A DNA stretch of 64,000 bases, taken from positions 64,001-128,000 of IMG/VR virus record IMGVR_UViG_3300050142_000050. The stretch is one strand, 5' to 3'. The stretch's first letter is position 1. Each line of letters opens with the position of its first letter. Positions 52,901 through 62,452 of the stretch are shown in pieces. The position numbers and the translations under genes are program-made. Under the pieces are notes generated by a model. The model made no database searches, was not told where the DNA came from, and saw nothing but the letters and a program-made list of their open reading frames with translations. The DNA is from a virus. Lineage: Duplodnaviria; Caudoviricetes.

Positions 52901-54143
52901 GTTTGCGGCACAGATCAAAGTCATTGAGGGATATATCCGTAAGGGTACAAATACCCCACGGAAGATCATTTACAAATACGCACCTCCTCATGAAAACGAC
53001 ACCGGTGCATATGTCAACAACGTGTGTAAGTCTCTTGGGGTCAACCCCGACGAACCGCTACCTGTCGAAAAGGTGCCGGCTATGGCAGCAGCTATGGCTA
53101 AGATCGAAGGTTGGCATGGTGGTGTGGGTAGTAAGCCATCACCCGTCCCGGCCGCCGGTACCGGAACCACAGCGACTCCAGCTAAACCGGGTGCACCAAC
53201 AGCTGCTACTCCCGGTAAACCGGGATCTACCCCGACCGCACCGAAACCGACAGGTATCGCGGCAGTAGTAGCTACCAAGGGCGTCTCCTCGGTCATGGGG
53301 TCGGCTACTCCGTCTTCGACGGGTCCTACCACTGTGACTCCTGCTGCTTTTGCAGCTCTGAAGGATAAGCAGAAGGTAGGTGCAGCCAACTCGAATAACA
53401 AACCCACAACCGCTCCGGCTCAGACACCAGCGGCTAAACCTGCGGTACCTACGCCTAAGCCGGCTACCAATGACAACCGTCCTTCGGTGGCTTCCACATC
53501 CAAGCGAGGTGACGTCACTAATGCAGTGGTACCCATCCCTGTCCACTATGGTTCGGAAGAACCTTCATATGGGTCTGGGAATACACAGCAGAAGTCGGCT
53601 AAGCCTGCGGCCAGCAATGCAGCTGTCGTACCAGTAGCTTACGAGATCCCATCGTCAGTGTCGCCCAAGAGTGGTGCTGGCGACATCGGTACTCTCGTAC
53701 GAGCCCTGTTCGATAACACAGCTGCTCTGGAACGCAATACGTCTGCACTCACTGGTGAGCCTACCACTAAGTCGAAGACCATGGTGCCTTCTAACATGCA
53801 ACCCTCCAGGGTCGCTATGAAGAGTTCCACACCAGTCGTGAAGACATCGAGTGTGATCTCACCTTCAGTGGTCAATAAGACCATTCCGACAGTAGCTACA
53901 CCTGCTCCTACGACCACACCGACACCTACTACACAGATAGCAGCGGCTACCCCAGCACCTGCATCATCTGTTATCTCGAAACCTGTCACCCCAGCAGCGA
54001 CTCCCGTCTCTGCACCAGCGCCCACACCTGCACCTGTAGCTCCATCTGGTCCCCAGATGGCATTCGCCCCACCGGTACCTAGTGCGAGTAGTGGGAACTT
54101 CCCATCGCTTAAACGAGCCGGTAGTCGATCAGGTATGGCTTAA
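49968..54143 (+). CDS. Tail tape-measure-like protein with a lysozyme-like domain (phiKZ gp181-like position)
   Basis: 1391 aa; helical charged and Gly/Ala-rich regions; RNNNPGN...FASPEHG...KYAPPHENDTGAY domain; P/A/T-rich C-terminus. Confidence 0.75.
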   Translation: MDPSDSTPSTSMDSELSQVQVGPKVRPEKYTGGLAKSHAKPHADEPARSKSMSTIDRLVQNGILPNSRQRRDQFGAKMDAKDSFKIKTLTRKLEREITIRHKTEINDGPSHMRVRRFDITSQSMRMITANATLATHQFQKTQMLPYMRKSLALSYKKVEILRAINASIQTMHRSSLEKLEAIKMNTAMRDAGKGGIFKRLKDSVTDRALFRVGDNIAAAYLDRYDQMYVKHISPRLARLEQLFNRDGAKGTVNGVGRTLRGTLNRQRGKLRNVSNSTGDTHGKWTKRAAGLGARVLDTAVKVGQKTKLPGFVNTIATESVRDHTSVWGSLRPLQTKFDQNKDDDDLHSSNKVVDVLQRTRVDNERYFAKSLTHLANLDRMVSDIRNMGKSGIGPSSDMTPDFDLGGDKGRPSASPSQPAQFGPPKPGMSVRARRRYEKAKKDFEQRQRGTGGAANIRNRIHSVNETLRDRLESMRALREERKAQGNTKKEESAEDAAAREHARELAAEKAKARRERELEKKRIRDERRAAAAERTAKGKARNDYIQTSKVSEATKNRFRNGFTETGLNAKKPPKAPRKTIKQRIGGWAASKFEGPGDDYGLLGKAWNLSSNLGINRATGRGARKLGRGLWKGTKWAGKELVKSPWTATKGAWRATKVAGKVAVSATKTAWSVGKTIAKLGKGGVGIGLAGAGVNYLSDKYLTGGAKRAGKTLGTAMEYGSIGFMLGGPVGAAIGASAGVLIENFDVVSHYAKKIGIDFAAIGRGISNAASYVWEGTKGVVKGMWTGLVGQDAEYDWTGRVKKQEKPSIVGRTIGFFFGRDAKKDRFGNIVDAGQTSVFGHIKNGFTKTFFGDKDKDGTFKPGTSIISMIKDKAGSILDTFSQALTGIGNSIANSSVGKAVQTAYNTTAGAVQQTAGDIVQGVQGAVGAFTGLKPGQKATRADRNNNPGNVIANKWTATLPGYVGSDGRFAIFASPEHGFAAQIKVIEGYIRKGTNTPRKIIYKYAPPHENDTGAYVNNVCKSLGVNPDEPLPVEKVPAMAAAMAKIEGWHGGVGSKPSPVPAAGTGTTATPAKPGAPTAATPGKPGSTPTAPKPTGIAAVVATKGVSSVMGSATPSSTGPTTVTPAAFAALKDKQKVGAANSNNKPTTAPAQTPAAKPAVPTPKPATNDNRPSVASTSKRGDVTNAVVPIPVHYGSEEPSYGSGNTQQKSAKPAASNAAVVPVAYEIPSSVSPKSGAGDIGTLVRALFDNTAALERNTSALTGEPTTKSKTMVPSNMQPSRVAMKSSTPVVKTSSVISPSVVNKTIPTVATPAPTTTPTPTTQIAAATPAPASSVISKPVTPAATPVSAPAPTPAPVAPSGPQMAFAPPVPSASSGNFPSLKRAGSRSGMA

Positions 54144-54158
54144 TACGGAGAATGAGTA

Positions 54159-56150
54159 ATGTCATCGGGAGTCAATGAAAGGGTACCAGATACAGCTTCC
54201 TGGGTCAAAGGGTGCTTTACCTTGAAGGTGGGTACCACCTTTGAAACCTACAAAGCTATGCTCGAATACTCAGAGTCCGATGAATCCTTCGGCGGGAATA
54301 TCACAAAGCCCGCCTTGGATCCAGCAGCTAAGACTATTCTGAATGAATTTTCAAAAGCTGACATGTCGGTTAGCCCTGTCCCCATCTACTACTCTAGGAA
54401 GAAGTGTCGTGATACTTCTCTTGGCGGTAACGATGCCATCAATCCCTTACCTCAGTTTGGGTATGATGATGACATCTCCTTCCCGATGTACAATGCGTAT
54501 GTCGGGGGTAATGTCGCTATGGGACAGGTCTATTCTGAAGTCTATGACGACAACCAGCAGATCCTGTATCTCAACATGGGTACCCCTGCCTTCAATGACA
54601 TGGGTGCATTCTGGGGTACAGCCGCTGACATGAAAGTGGTGGACTTCGTCAATAAGGGTAGCGGGATCACCGCCGAGAAGATCGGGTATCTGGTGGGTTC
54701 CGCTCCCTTGCGGCTCTGGAAGATCGCTACGATCCCTAAGCAGCTCATCGCTATGATGATGAACACCCTCGAGTATGTTCCGATCACGAAGTATTACGCA
54801 TTTGAATCTCAGATGCCGATGTATTTCCGATTCGTGAACCACATCCTAGTGATGCTCGCAGTGAACCTTGGGTTCATGGCCACAGACCCCGAATCCAACA
54901 CCACTGGTTCTACTACCACAAACACATCCGCGATCGACATCGAGAAGAATGGTTCCAAGGGAACAGACCTGCAAGGTCTAGGATATATCTTCACAGATCG
55001 CGGGCTGGACATCGCCAAGATCATCACTAAGCGATTCATGTTCGAGCACGGCTACCAACATCAGGTCGGTAAACGAAACACCGACGAGGCGTTGTTCGCT
55101 AAGCATAAGCCAGATGATGGTTCGGGTACATCAGCTGCACCTACATCTGATCCCACCACCGGTGCTACCACTACGGAGAACAGTAGTTCGACTGCCCGTA
55201 CTTGGAAGTCAGGTTGGGTGAACGCTTTCTTCGCTGCTTATGGAGCTACCTTCTACGACGGGCATTTGTTCATCGGATTCCGAGTGGACAAGATCGGTTC
55301 AGTTACCGAATCCTTCTCTAACTCGACAGGTGAGTCCAAGATTGCAGAGTTGGCCAATGCTAAGTTTGCAGAAGCCAATGCAGCATCATATTCAATGATG
55401 CAAGGTAACGTCGGTGACGGTATTCTCGCATCGGCGGTAGAAGGTGTATACTCAGCAGCAGCTGGTCTCATCAAGGGTGCCACCGAAACACTCAAGCTCG
55501 ATATGCTCGGTGCAGCTGCTACTGGTGCGTCCAAGATCGATATCCCTGAAGTATGGACGAGCAGTACCTTCTCTCGTTCCCAATCATTCCACGTGACGCT
55601 CATGTCTCCTTATGGCGACATCGAATCGATCTATCAATCAGAGCTGGTACCTTTAGCATGCGCTCTTGCAGCAGCACTACCTCGTGGTACTGGCGAGAGC
55701 TCACACTCGGCTCCTTTCATCTGCCAGGCCTACTGTCGTGGTGTGTTCTCATCTCCTGCATGTATCATCGAGAGTCTGGAAGTATCACGAGGTGCCGATC
55801 AGTTCGGATATAACTTCATGCGTCTTCCTCTGGAGATGAGCCTCTCGTTCACGATCAAGGATCTATCACCTACCATGAGTCTCAACCTCGGTGGTGACAC
55901 AGGCTTTGGTGAACAGATCTTCGGATCGGATGATGCCTTCCAGGAATACATGTGCACACTCTCGGCTATGAGTCTGCGAGCACGACTTGCACCATTCAAA
56001 CAGCTGGCTCGAAAGGCCACTATTTTCTGGACGAGCCTACGTCGCAATAAGCTCAGTCCCTATCTCATGGGTATGGATCGGGGTACCGATCTACCAGCTC
56101 GTGTGATCTCGTCTTTCTTCTCTGGTGGTAAGGGCCTCCAGAACAACTAA
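54159..56150 (+). CDS. Virion structural protein (phiKZ gp182-like position; baseplate?)
   Basis: DTSLGGNDAINPLPQF, PEVWTSSTFSRS and LMSPYGD motifs; synteny. Confidence 0.7.
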   Translation: MSSGVNERVPDTASWVKGCFTLKVGTTFETYKAMLEYSESDESFGGNITKPALDPAAKTILNEFSKADMSVSPVPIYYSRKKCRDTSLGGNDAINPLPQFGYDDDISFPMYNAYVGGNVAMGQVYSEVYDDNQQILYLNMGTPAFNDMGAFWGTAADMKVVDFVNKGSGITAEKIGYLVGSAPLRLWKIATIPKQLIAMMMNTLEYVPITKYYAFESQMPMYFRFVNHILVMLAVNLGFMATDPESNTTGSTTTNTSAIDIEKNGSKGTDLQGLGYIFTDRGLDIAKIITKRFMFEHGYQHQVGKRNTDEALFAKHKPDDGSGTSAAPTSDPTTGATTTENSSSTARTWKSGWVNAFFAAYGATFYDGHLFIGFRVDKIGSVTESFSNSTGESKIAELANAKFAEANAASYSMMQGNVGDGILASAVEGVYSAAAGLIKGATETLKLDMLGAAATGASKIDIPEVWTSSTFSRSQSFHVTLMSPYGDIESIYQSELVPLACALAAALPRGTGESSHSAPFICQAYCRGVFSSPACIIESLEVSRGADQFGYNFMRLPLEMSLSFTIKDLSPTMSLNLGGDTGFGEQIFGSDDAFQEYMCTLSAMSLRARLAPFKQLARKATIFWTSLRRNKLSPYLMGMDRGTDLPARVISSFFSGGKGLQNN

Positions 56151-56194
56151 TCGCCTCGATTTTGATATTATGACAGGCTAAAAGGAACCGTGCT

Positions 56195-57706
56195 ATGGTA
56201 GATAAATTGACGGCGAGTGTTTACAGCGCTTACGCCAAATTCTTCATCGAAGGCTACGCCAAGCGTATGCTGATCGACACCAACTTCGCGGATGGAACAA
56301 ACGCAGCTTATCTGGCGACCTATGTCTCCAACCGTCTGCGCAACATGATCGGTGAAGGCGTGGATGTCACCCATCCCAATACCTTCTCGCTGTTCATCTC
56401 GGAGTGTGTCGATCTAGCCATCCGTTCGGGTCGTGAGAACCCTGAGTCTTATGACGTGTGGGACTGGGTCTCTGAACTCGATTCACCTCACCACGATGAG
56501 ATCCTTTCGGCTATGAACCAGGAAGTCCAGAACTTCTCTGATGCAATCCGTCTGATCATCGGCGGCAACGTCGCATCGGACGTGAAGCAGACTCTGGAGC
56601 TGATCGAACTCTCGGTCAAGAACCGTGTCAACTACGACACCATGGGTGTCACAGTCGAGGACTTCACCTGGGGTGTCCTGGCCGATGGTCGCTGGGTCAA
56701 CAACGCGATCACGATTGCACAACTCCAGTGGAACATCTTCCACGACAATCGTCCTGTGACCGCCTATTACGCAGAGATCATCAAGGTCCGTATCCGTGAA
56801 CGTCTCAACTTCGCCACGGACACTGACTTCACGAGTCACCTCGATGAAGACGGTATGGCGGCGGCTACGGTCGCTGACTTGTATCGTGCATCGTCTGCCT
56901 GGATCGAAGGTTATGATGACATCACGCGTGTGGCTGCATCTGTCCAGAAGGCATCTCAGTTCATCACCAGCTATGACAGCATCTGCGAGAAGGTCCGTAC
57001 ATCGGAGTTCATCGAAGAAGAGCAGATCGAAGAGCTCCTGGAACGCCTCGCTCATGTGAAGCTTCTGGCGACTATGGCTCTGGTCGGCTACGAAGCACTC
57101 CGTCAGACGCTGTATCGCGACAGCCTCATCCTGAACCTCAAAAAGGATGAGAGCGGCGATATCAATGTATGTGTGAACGCCGATCTCATGCGTCAGTACA
57201 CCTCCAACGGTGGTGACGAACAGGAGCTCGCTCGCTTCGCTACTTGGTTGACTCGTCGTGAGTCTGTCTTCCCTCGTGATGGTTTCACCCTCACTTGGGT
57301 CGAGTCTGTCCGTGACAATGTCAACAGTGACATCTACGAACAGTCTGAGCATCGCACTGCGGAACTCGATCTCCAGGTACAGTCTGAGACTCTCGCTCAG
57401 TTCCGTGAACATGCTGGTGGTCTGATCCTCTCCTATCTCGAAGATGGGTCGCTCACTGAACTCCCGGTGGAATATGCAAATGCCATCGGCGATGTGGCCG
57501 GCTCGATCTCGAGTGAGACTGGGTCCAGTGCGTATGACGGTCTGATGACGCTCGTCATCAAGGCTCTCAACAACGAGTTCATCTCGTCCATCTACGAGAG
57601 CTTCCGCGGTCACGCCTCTGCGGAGGATGAAACCGAGAAGGCAAATGCACTCGCTCTGGCTGTGGCCGACGTGGCAATCAACGACGCGTTGGTTTACTTC
57701 CAATAA
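56195..57706 (+). CDS. Acidic helical hypothetical protein (possibly virion/head-associated)
   Basis: AAGGA RBS; 503 aa; strong codon bias. Confidence 0.75.
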   Translation: MVDKLTASVYSAYAKFFIEGYAKRMLIDTNFADGTNAAYLATYVSNRLRNMIGEGVDVTHPNTFSLFISECVDLAIRSGRENPESYDVWDWVSELDSPHHDEILSAMNQEVQNFSDAIRLIIGGNVASDVKQTLELIELSVKNRVNYDTMGVTVEDFTWGVLADGRWVNNAITIAQLQWNIFHDNRPVTAYYAEIIKVRIRERLNFATDTDFTSHLDEDGMAAATVADLYRASSAWIEGYDDITRVAASVQKASQFITSYDSICEKVRTSEFIEEEQIEELLERLAHVKLLATMALVGYEALRQTLYRDSLILNLKKDESGDINVCVNADLMRQYTSNGGDEQELARFATWLTRRESVFPRDGFTLTWVESVRDNVNSDIYEQSEHRTAELDLQVQSETLAQFREHAGGLILSYLEDGSLTELPVEYANAIGDVAGSISSETGSSAYDGLMTLVIKALNNEFISSIYESFRGHASAEDETEKANALALAVADVAINDALVYFQ

Positions 57707-57712
57707 GAGATG

Positions 57713-57740
57713 GTGGGATGGGGCTTACGCCCCATCCCAC
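57713..57740. terminator. Terminator hairpin between convergent genes
   Basis: GTGGGATGGGGC-TTAC-GCCCCATCCCAC. Confidence 0.85.
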
Positions 57741-57745
57741 TACCT

Positions 57746-60700
57746 TTATGGCTTCTGTATGAAAGTGATCGTGATATCGGGGACACGATCGATCGTACCA
57801 TCATCGAGGAGCTTGAGCACCTGACCCACACTCGTGCCGGTACCCTTCTCATTGAGAGCCAAGAACCGAAGTGACGGATCATTGTTGATACCACCCATTT
57901 CCACTCGGGTAGAATCATCACTGACTGCATCATCGATAGCTTTTCCGATACGTTGGATATCGATATAGTCATCATCGACCGCGTCGTTGATCGTTGTGAT
58001 GATCGTCTGCTCCATGAGATCACGAGCATCTTCGTTGTTGTAAGTCGACTCGTCGACATAGAGTGTCACGGAGAAACCGACTGTGAGAGGGAGAGTCAGA
58101 TACTGACTATTACCCTTAGCGAAGGAGGAATACCCCATGGTCCGATAGGGACGATAAAAGGTACTGCATACCTCACGCATGTTCTCATCGATCGTAGCGA
58201 TCTGATCAGCATGTGTCGAGATGGTATCATGGATCGAACTTACCAGAGCTGTATCCTCAGGACTCTCCGAGGCAAAGATCCTACCATCGAACAAGATCGC
58301 TGGGATGCGATACTTGTTGCGAGCATAAGACTCGATCAGAGCCTTACCGTCCACACCCAGGAGGACATCTCCCTTAGCGATCTTGATCACGCCATGTGCA
58401 GTCGCATTCACGAATGTGATCAATCGACCAGCGGGGAGTACCGCCTTTGGATCGGCCGATACTGTCACTGAAGAACCCGTAACTGAGACCACGGTGGTAC
58501 CTCGATTGAAATCGATACAGTGAGCAGTCATACCAGGATAGATCCCAGTGGTATGAGCCATCGGGATGGTACGACTGATTGCTGACTGTACCGCACTGGT
58601 GCGCACCATGACCTGACTGTTGGATCCAGTGATGACACTTCCCGCAGGGATAGCCGCAGTGATCACTTTGTTGATCGTGATCAAATTACCATTCTTGGTC
58701 TGTACCGTCGCGTTGGTAGGGATGTTGAGCCCACGTACTGGCATACCGATCAGGAAGCCAGTGGCATCTACCACTTCGATGACTGTCGTAGTACCCGAAC
58801 TGGGTACGGCGATATTGCGGGCAGTCTTGGTGACGATGTCACCGGTGTCAGGCGGAGTGTCACCTGCCTCATACATCAGACAGACCTTGAGTGATCCATA
58901 TCCCAGAGGATCTGAATCTGTATAGATGATACCACTCTCATCGTACTGATAGATAGGAGCGGTAGCCTTGTGGTAGACATTCTCAGTCGCAGTCTGATAG
59001 ACATCACTACCCCATGTCACATTGACACCAGTGTAGAGCTGATCAGTCAGATCCTTACCGAATTCCATCATGACGGTCTGATAGCACATCGCAGTCGACG
59101 GAGTCTTCAGTGTGGTGGGGAGAAGCGCATTGAGTGTCGCGTCCTTAGGGATTGTCGAATCATACGAGGTCTTGAAACTGTAGATCAACTTGAACTCTTG
59201 ATTCATGTTGATGACGGCTGACGACTCGGTATCGTTCTCATCGTACATCACCAAAATGATGGTGTTCTCCGAGGTGATGCGATAGTTCGTTCCCAGGATG
59301 GCCTGCCATACATCATCACCATCAGTGGACGAGGCACAGGTCAGTGGGAGATAGTACTTCTCTCCCTTAGTGTCGATCACTGTCAGGACGACTGAGAGCA
59401 GAGAAGCATCCAAGTCCACGATGTTAGCCGAACGCTCCACATGGAGGTTGAGTAGGAAGCCACCTGTACCATTCGCACGATGCACCAGAGCACCTGCGAT
59501 AGCCGACATCTGAGGAGCAGAATGAGCATTCTCATCCTTGAACACCAGATTGGTGAAGGTAGGTGACATCATGTGGTAAATCTTCGCAGTAGGGCTGCGA
59601 GGGTCTTCCTGGAGCACGATGTGGAAGGGCTGACGTACGTAGTTGCCTTTGTTGAGCTCATCCACGATCTCCTGCTTGGACATCGTCTTGAAGTTGTTAG
59701 CTTCGGCAGTGGTGAGAGGCGTACAAACAGTCGACTCACCAGGGAGCTTATACACTGTCGTGGGGAGGATGGTGTGATAACCATCATCGAAGTTAATGAT
59801 CGTCTCAGGATCACCATCGAGCGTGTCAGCATCCAGGAGGATGCTACCACTCAAGGTAGGGATGATCATATCACTCGAGTCGCGCAGCGTCTTCCACACG
59901 AAGTAGAGACGATCGGTGACATTGTCAGCCTCACGCGTGATAGCCTCGAAACCAGCAGCGATAGCCTTCTGTTCGAGTTGAGCCATGGTGATAGCCACCG
60001 CATCGCTGAGTCGATTATTGACGACAGCATCACGCAGTTCTGCATAAGTCATCGGATCACTGCCTCCTGAGATAACCTCAGATACGGGCAATAGGCCCCA
60101 AGACGGCATCTTCTCCATAGGAGCTGAATAGACCGAGTCAGATGTCACCCAATGCGCAGCGATCGACTGGAGGTCGGTCATATTGACAGAATAGTTGATA
60201 GCACCCTTGGTCGTATAGATCATGACCTTGATCGAGTTGCGCAGCAACCCTGTGGTGAAATAGACCAGAGGGATCTTGATTCCGATCTGATTGTTATCAG
60301 GATCCAACGAGATGATCGCTGTGGGTACAGTTCGATCATAGTTCATCGTGGACAGCGAGATGGTCATCTCCGACCAGAGTCCGCTATCCAAGCGGTGCAT
60401 CACTCGGATCGCATAGAACTTGTCAGTGTAGGTCAGAGTCTTTGCAAAGCCCTGATTGGAGCTTGCATTGAACGTCTGCACATCCATCGCATATTGAAAC
60501 ATGTTGAAGCTGATGAGGAACCACTCAATACCGTCCTTCACCTCGGTGTAGGACCGCAATAGAGCATTGGACTCCAGTGTATAGAGAGGATGTGTATCAT
60601 CCAATCGATAGGTCGCGCTGAGCGCATCTGTGTTCCGATTGATCAGGAACTGGATCGGGTAGTAGGTAGCAAACCGAGTGCCAGACATCTCGATATACGA

Positions 60701-61087
60701 CTCTGCTGGGATTTCCAGCATATTGTAGTTCTCGTCATACTGCACGGAGTTCTTGCGCAGCCAATCAGAACTCATCTTCAGCGCAAAGGGCACTGTCGCT
60801 GGTTTACCCATTACCTTGGAATAGGTGAACTCTGAGAGATGGGTCAGAAGGTGCTTGGCGGTACGAGCCCTGTTCTTGTAGAGATAAGAGAGCCGATCAT
60901 CGATCTCCTCATTGAGCTTGGAGAAGATGTGGCACATGGACATCATCTGGATCACAAAACCATTGAAGGGATCGACGATTGATACTTCCTGAGTATCAGT
61001 ACTCTCCAGAGCATCGATCATCGTCGAAGCCAGGAGTGACGGAGTTCGGATGAGATCCGTTGTCACGGTGGACTGATTAATAGCCAT
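57746..61087 (-). CDS. Large virion structural protein (baseplate-like)
   Basis: 1113 aa; VISGGSDPMTYAELR motif; internal beta-rich repeats (GMPVRGLNIP / GMTAHCIDF). Confidence 0.65.
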   Translation of the reverse strand: MAINQSTVTTDLIRTPSLLASTMIDALESTDTQEVSIVDPFNGFVIQMMSMCHIFSKLNEEIDDRLSYLYKNRARTAKHLLTHLSEFTYSKVMGKPATVPFALKMSSDWLRKNSVQYDENYNMLEIPAESYIEMSGTRFATYYPIQFLINRNTDALSATYRLDDTHPLYTLESNALLRSYTEVKDGIEWFLISFNMFQYAMDVQTFNASSNQGFAKTLTYTDKFYAIRVMHRLDSGLWSEMTISLSTMNYDRTVPTAIISLDPDNNQIGIKIPLVYFTTGLLRNSIKVMIYTTKGAINYSVNMTDLQSIAAHWVTSDSVYSAPMEKMPSWGLLPVSEVISGGSDPMTYAELRDAVVNNRLSDAVAITMAQLEQKAIAAGFEAITREADNVTDRLYFVWKTLRDSSDMIIPTLSGSILLDADTLDGDPETIINFDDGYHTILPTTVYKLPGESTVCTPLTTAEANNFKTMSKQEIVDELNKGNYVRQPFHIVLQEDPRSPTAKIYHMMSPTFTNLVFKDENAHSAPQMSAIAGALVHRANGTGGFLLNLHVERSANIVDLDASLLSVVLTVIDTKGEKYYLPLTCASSTDGDDVWQAILGTNYRITSENTIILVMYDENDTESSAVINMNQEFKLIYSFKTSYDSTIPKDATLNALLPTTLKTPSTAMCYQTVMMEFGKDLTDQLYTGVNVTWGSDVYQTATENVYHKATAPIYQYDESGIIYTDSDPLGYGSLKVCLMYEAGDTPPDTGDIVTKTARNIAVPSSGTTTVIEVVDATGFLIGMPVRGLNIPTNATVQTKNGNLITINKVITAAIPAGSVITGSNSQVMVRTSAVQSAISRTIPMAHTTGIYPGMTAHCIDFNRGTTVVSVTGSSVTVSADPKAVLPAGRLITFVNATAHGVIKIAKGDVLLGVDGKALIESYARNKYRIPAILFDGRIFASESPEDTALVSSIHDTISTHADQIATIDENMREVCSTFYRPYRTMGYSSFAKGNSQYLTLPLTVGFSVTLYVDESTYNNEDARDLMEQTIITTINDAVDDDYIDIQRIGKAIDDAVSDDSTRVEMGGINNDPSLRFLALNEKGTGTSVGQVLKLLDDGTIDRVPDITITFIQKP

Positions 61088-61149
61088 TATAGTTCACCTA
61101 CGGTAAGTTTCTAGGATCACATGATAGGAATGATAGTGCATAGTTAATA

Positions 61150-61175
61150 CACTCCTCCCCATGTGGGGAGGAGTG
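61150..61175 (-). terminator. Terminator-like hairpin
   Basis: CACTCCTCCCC-ATGT-GGGGAGGAGTG, just after the stop of 61182-62324. Confidence 0.7.
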
Positions 61176-61181
61176 GTATCA

Positions 61182-62324
61182 TTACAATCCGATAGAATTA
61201 CTAGCGCTCGACGATGTCGAAGAAGACACCGCATTACGCAATGCCTGTGTAGCAGACTCGATGTCAGACGCCTTAGGTACCAGCGAAATCTCTTCCTTAC
61301 GAGCATAGAAGTCAAGAAAGTTCGTACCCCCGAAGAGATCGATGTATGGTACACCCATCATGTTGTATTCAGCACCATGCTCCACCTTGGTGCGAGTCTC
61401 GGTCAGATTAGAACCAGCATAACGCTCCACTAGGTGGTTAAACATGCGCAGATGGATAGGATCCATATAGGCGATGTGGTTGGCCACGAAGTTGCATGTG
61501 AACTTCTGTCCACTATGAACAAAGCTCTCACCCGGACCATAGTTGAACTTATCACCGAGAGGTACTGAGGTAGGGTAACACCCAGTGGCCTTAGCCCATC
61601 CAGTGATACGACGCTGGGTAGCATCCAGAGTGAACCGATAGATCGAACATGTATAGTTCAACCGATTGAGTTCGCGATCCTCTGGATAAGGGACGATGCG
61701 ACCTTCCATCTGGAGAATCATCGCCAGGATCCAGTAATAGAGCATGTTGATCACATACCCATTCTGGATGTCACGGAACTGACAACTCAAGTTGTAAGTA
61801 CGACGACCCAGATCACCACCACGGACCATGGTCATGTCTTCGCCGAACAGACCGGGATCGGTGGTCTTGTATTCCGCAGTCACATCAGGGAAGCCACCGA
61901 TACTCTCAATCGAGTTCGAGAGGGGGACATTGAAAGGAGATTCATCGTTGAAATAAGGAGACGCAGCAGCAAACTGTCGGATAGCTGCCGAACGTGACCA
62001 CACTGTATCGAGATTGGCCCGGATAGAAAACATCCACGAGAGAGCATCGATATCATCGAGCATCGCTAGAGTACGATCTTGACGGATAGATGTGGTCGTG
62101 AAGTTCAGTCTAGGACGAGTGAAGAAGACTAGACCTGTCTTCTCCATATTCGGTTGGATAGGGACGGTCCCATACCGATCATGCTTTGTCAGGAATCCCT
62201 GAAGTGAACTCGAGTATCCTCCTCGTCCAGACCCCACATAGGCTGACGATCTGATCGCCGATAAGAGGGCCTCTCGACTGGTGGTATCCATCCTCTGATA
62301 GTTAAAAGTGGAGATGTCTGCCAT
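61182..62324 (-). CDS. Virion structural protein (tail tube/baseplate-like)
   Basis: GLVFFTRPRLN and LNYTCSIYRF motifs, recalled from phiKZ-like structural proteins; AAGGA RBS. Confidence 0.6.
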   Translation of the reverse strand: MADISTFNYQRMDTTSREALLSAIRSSAYVGSGRGGYSSSLQGFLTKHDRYGTVPIQPNMEKTGLVFFTRPRLNFTTTSIRQDRTLAMLDDIDALSWMFSIRANLDTVWSRSAAIRQFAAASPYFNDESPFNVPLSNSIESIGGFPDVTAEYKTTDPGLFGEDMTMVRGGDLGRRTYNLSCQFRDIQNGYVINMLYYWILAMILQMEGRIVPYPEDRELNRLNYTCSIYRFTLDATQRRITGWAKATGCYPTSVPLGDKFNYGPGESFVHSGQKFTCNFVANHIAYMDPIHLRMFNHLVERYAGSNLTETRTKVEHGAEYNMMGVPYIDLFGGTNFLDFYARKEEISLVPKASDIESATQALRNAVSSSTSSSASNSIGL

Positions 62325-62452
62325 AATTAATTCCTTAAAGGAAGTCTAATATTGGCGACTATATCGCCCGGGTCAATATTATGATAGTTTCGGCAAGGCC
62401 GTGTTTGCGGCGCTGTCTGGTCCTAGCCCTCATCATCATTCACAGGTGGAAC

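Noticed and set aside
56483-57703. Long antisense ORFs (56483-57703, 62423-63388, 10820-11890, 27653-28354, 33360-34055)
   Set aside because: Shadows of strongly codon-biased genes on the opposite strand.
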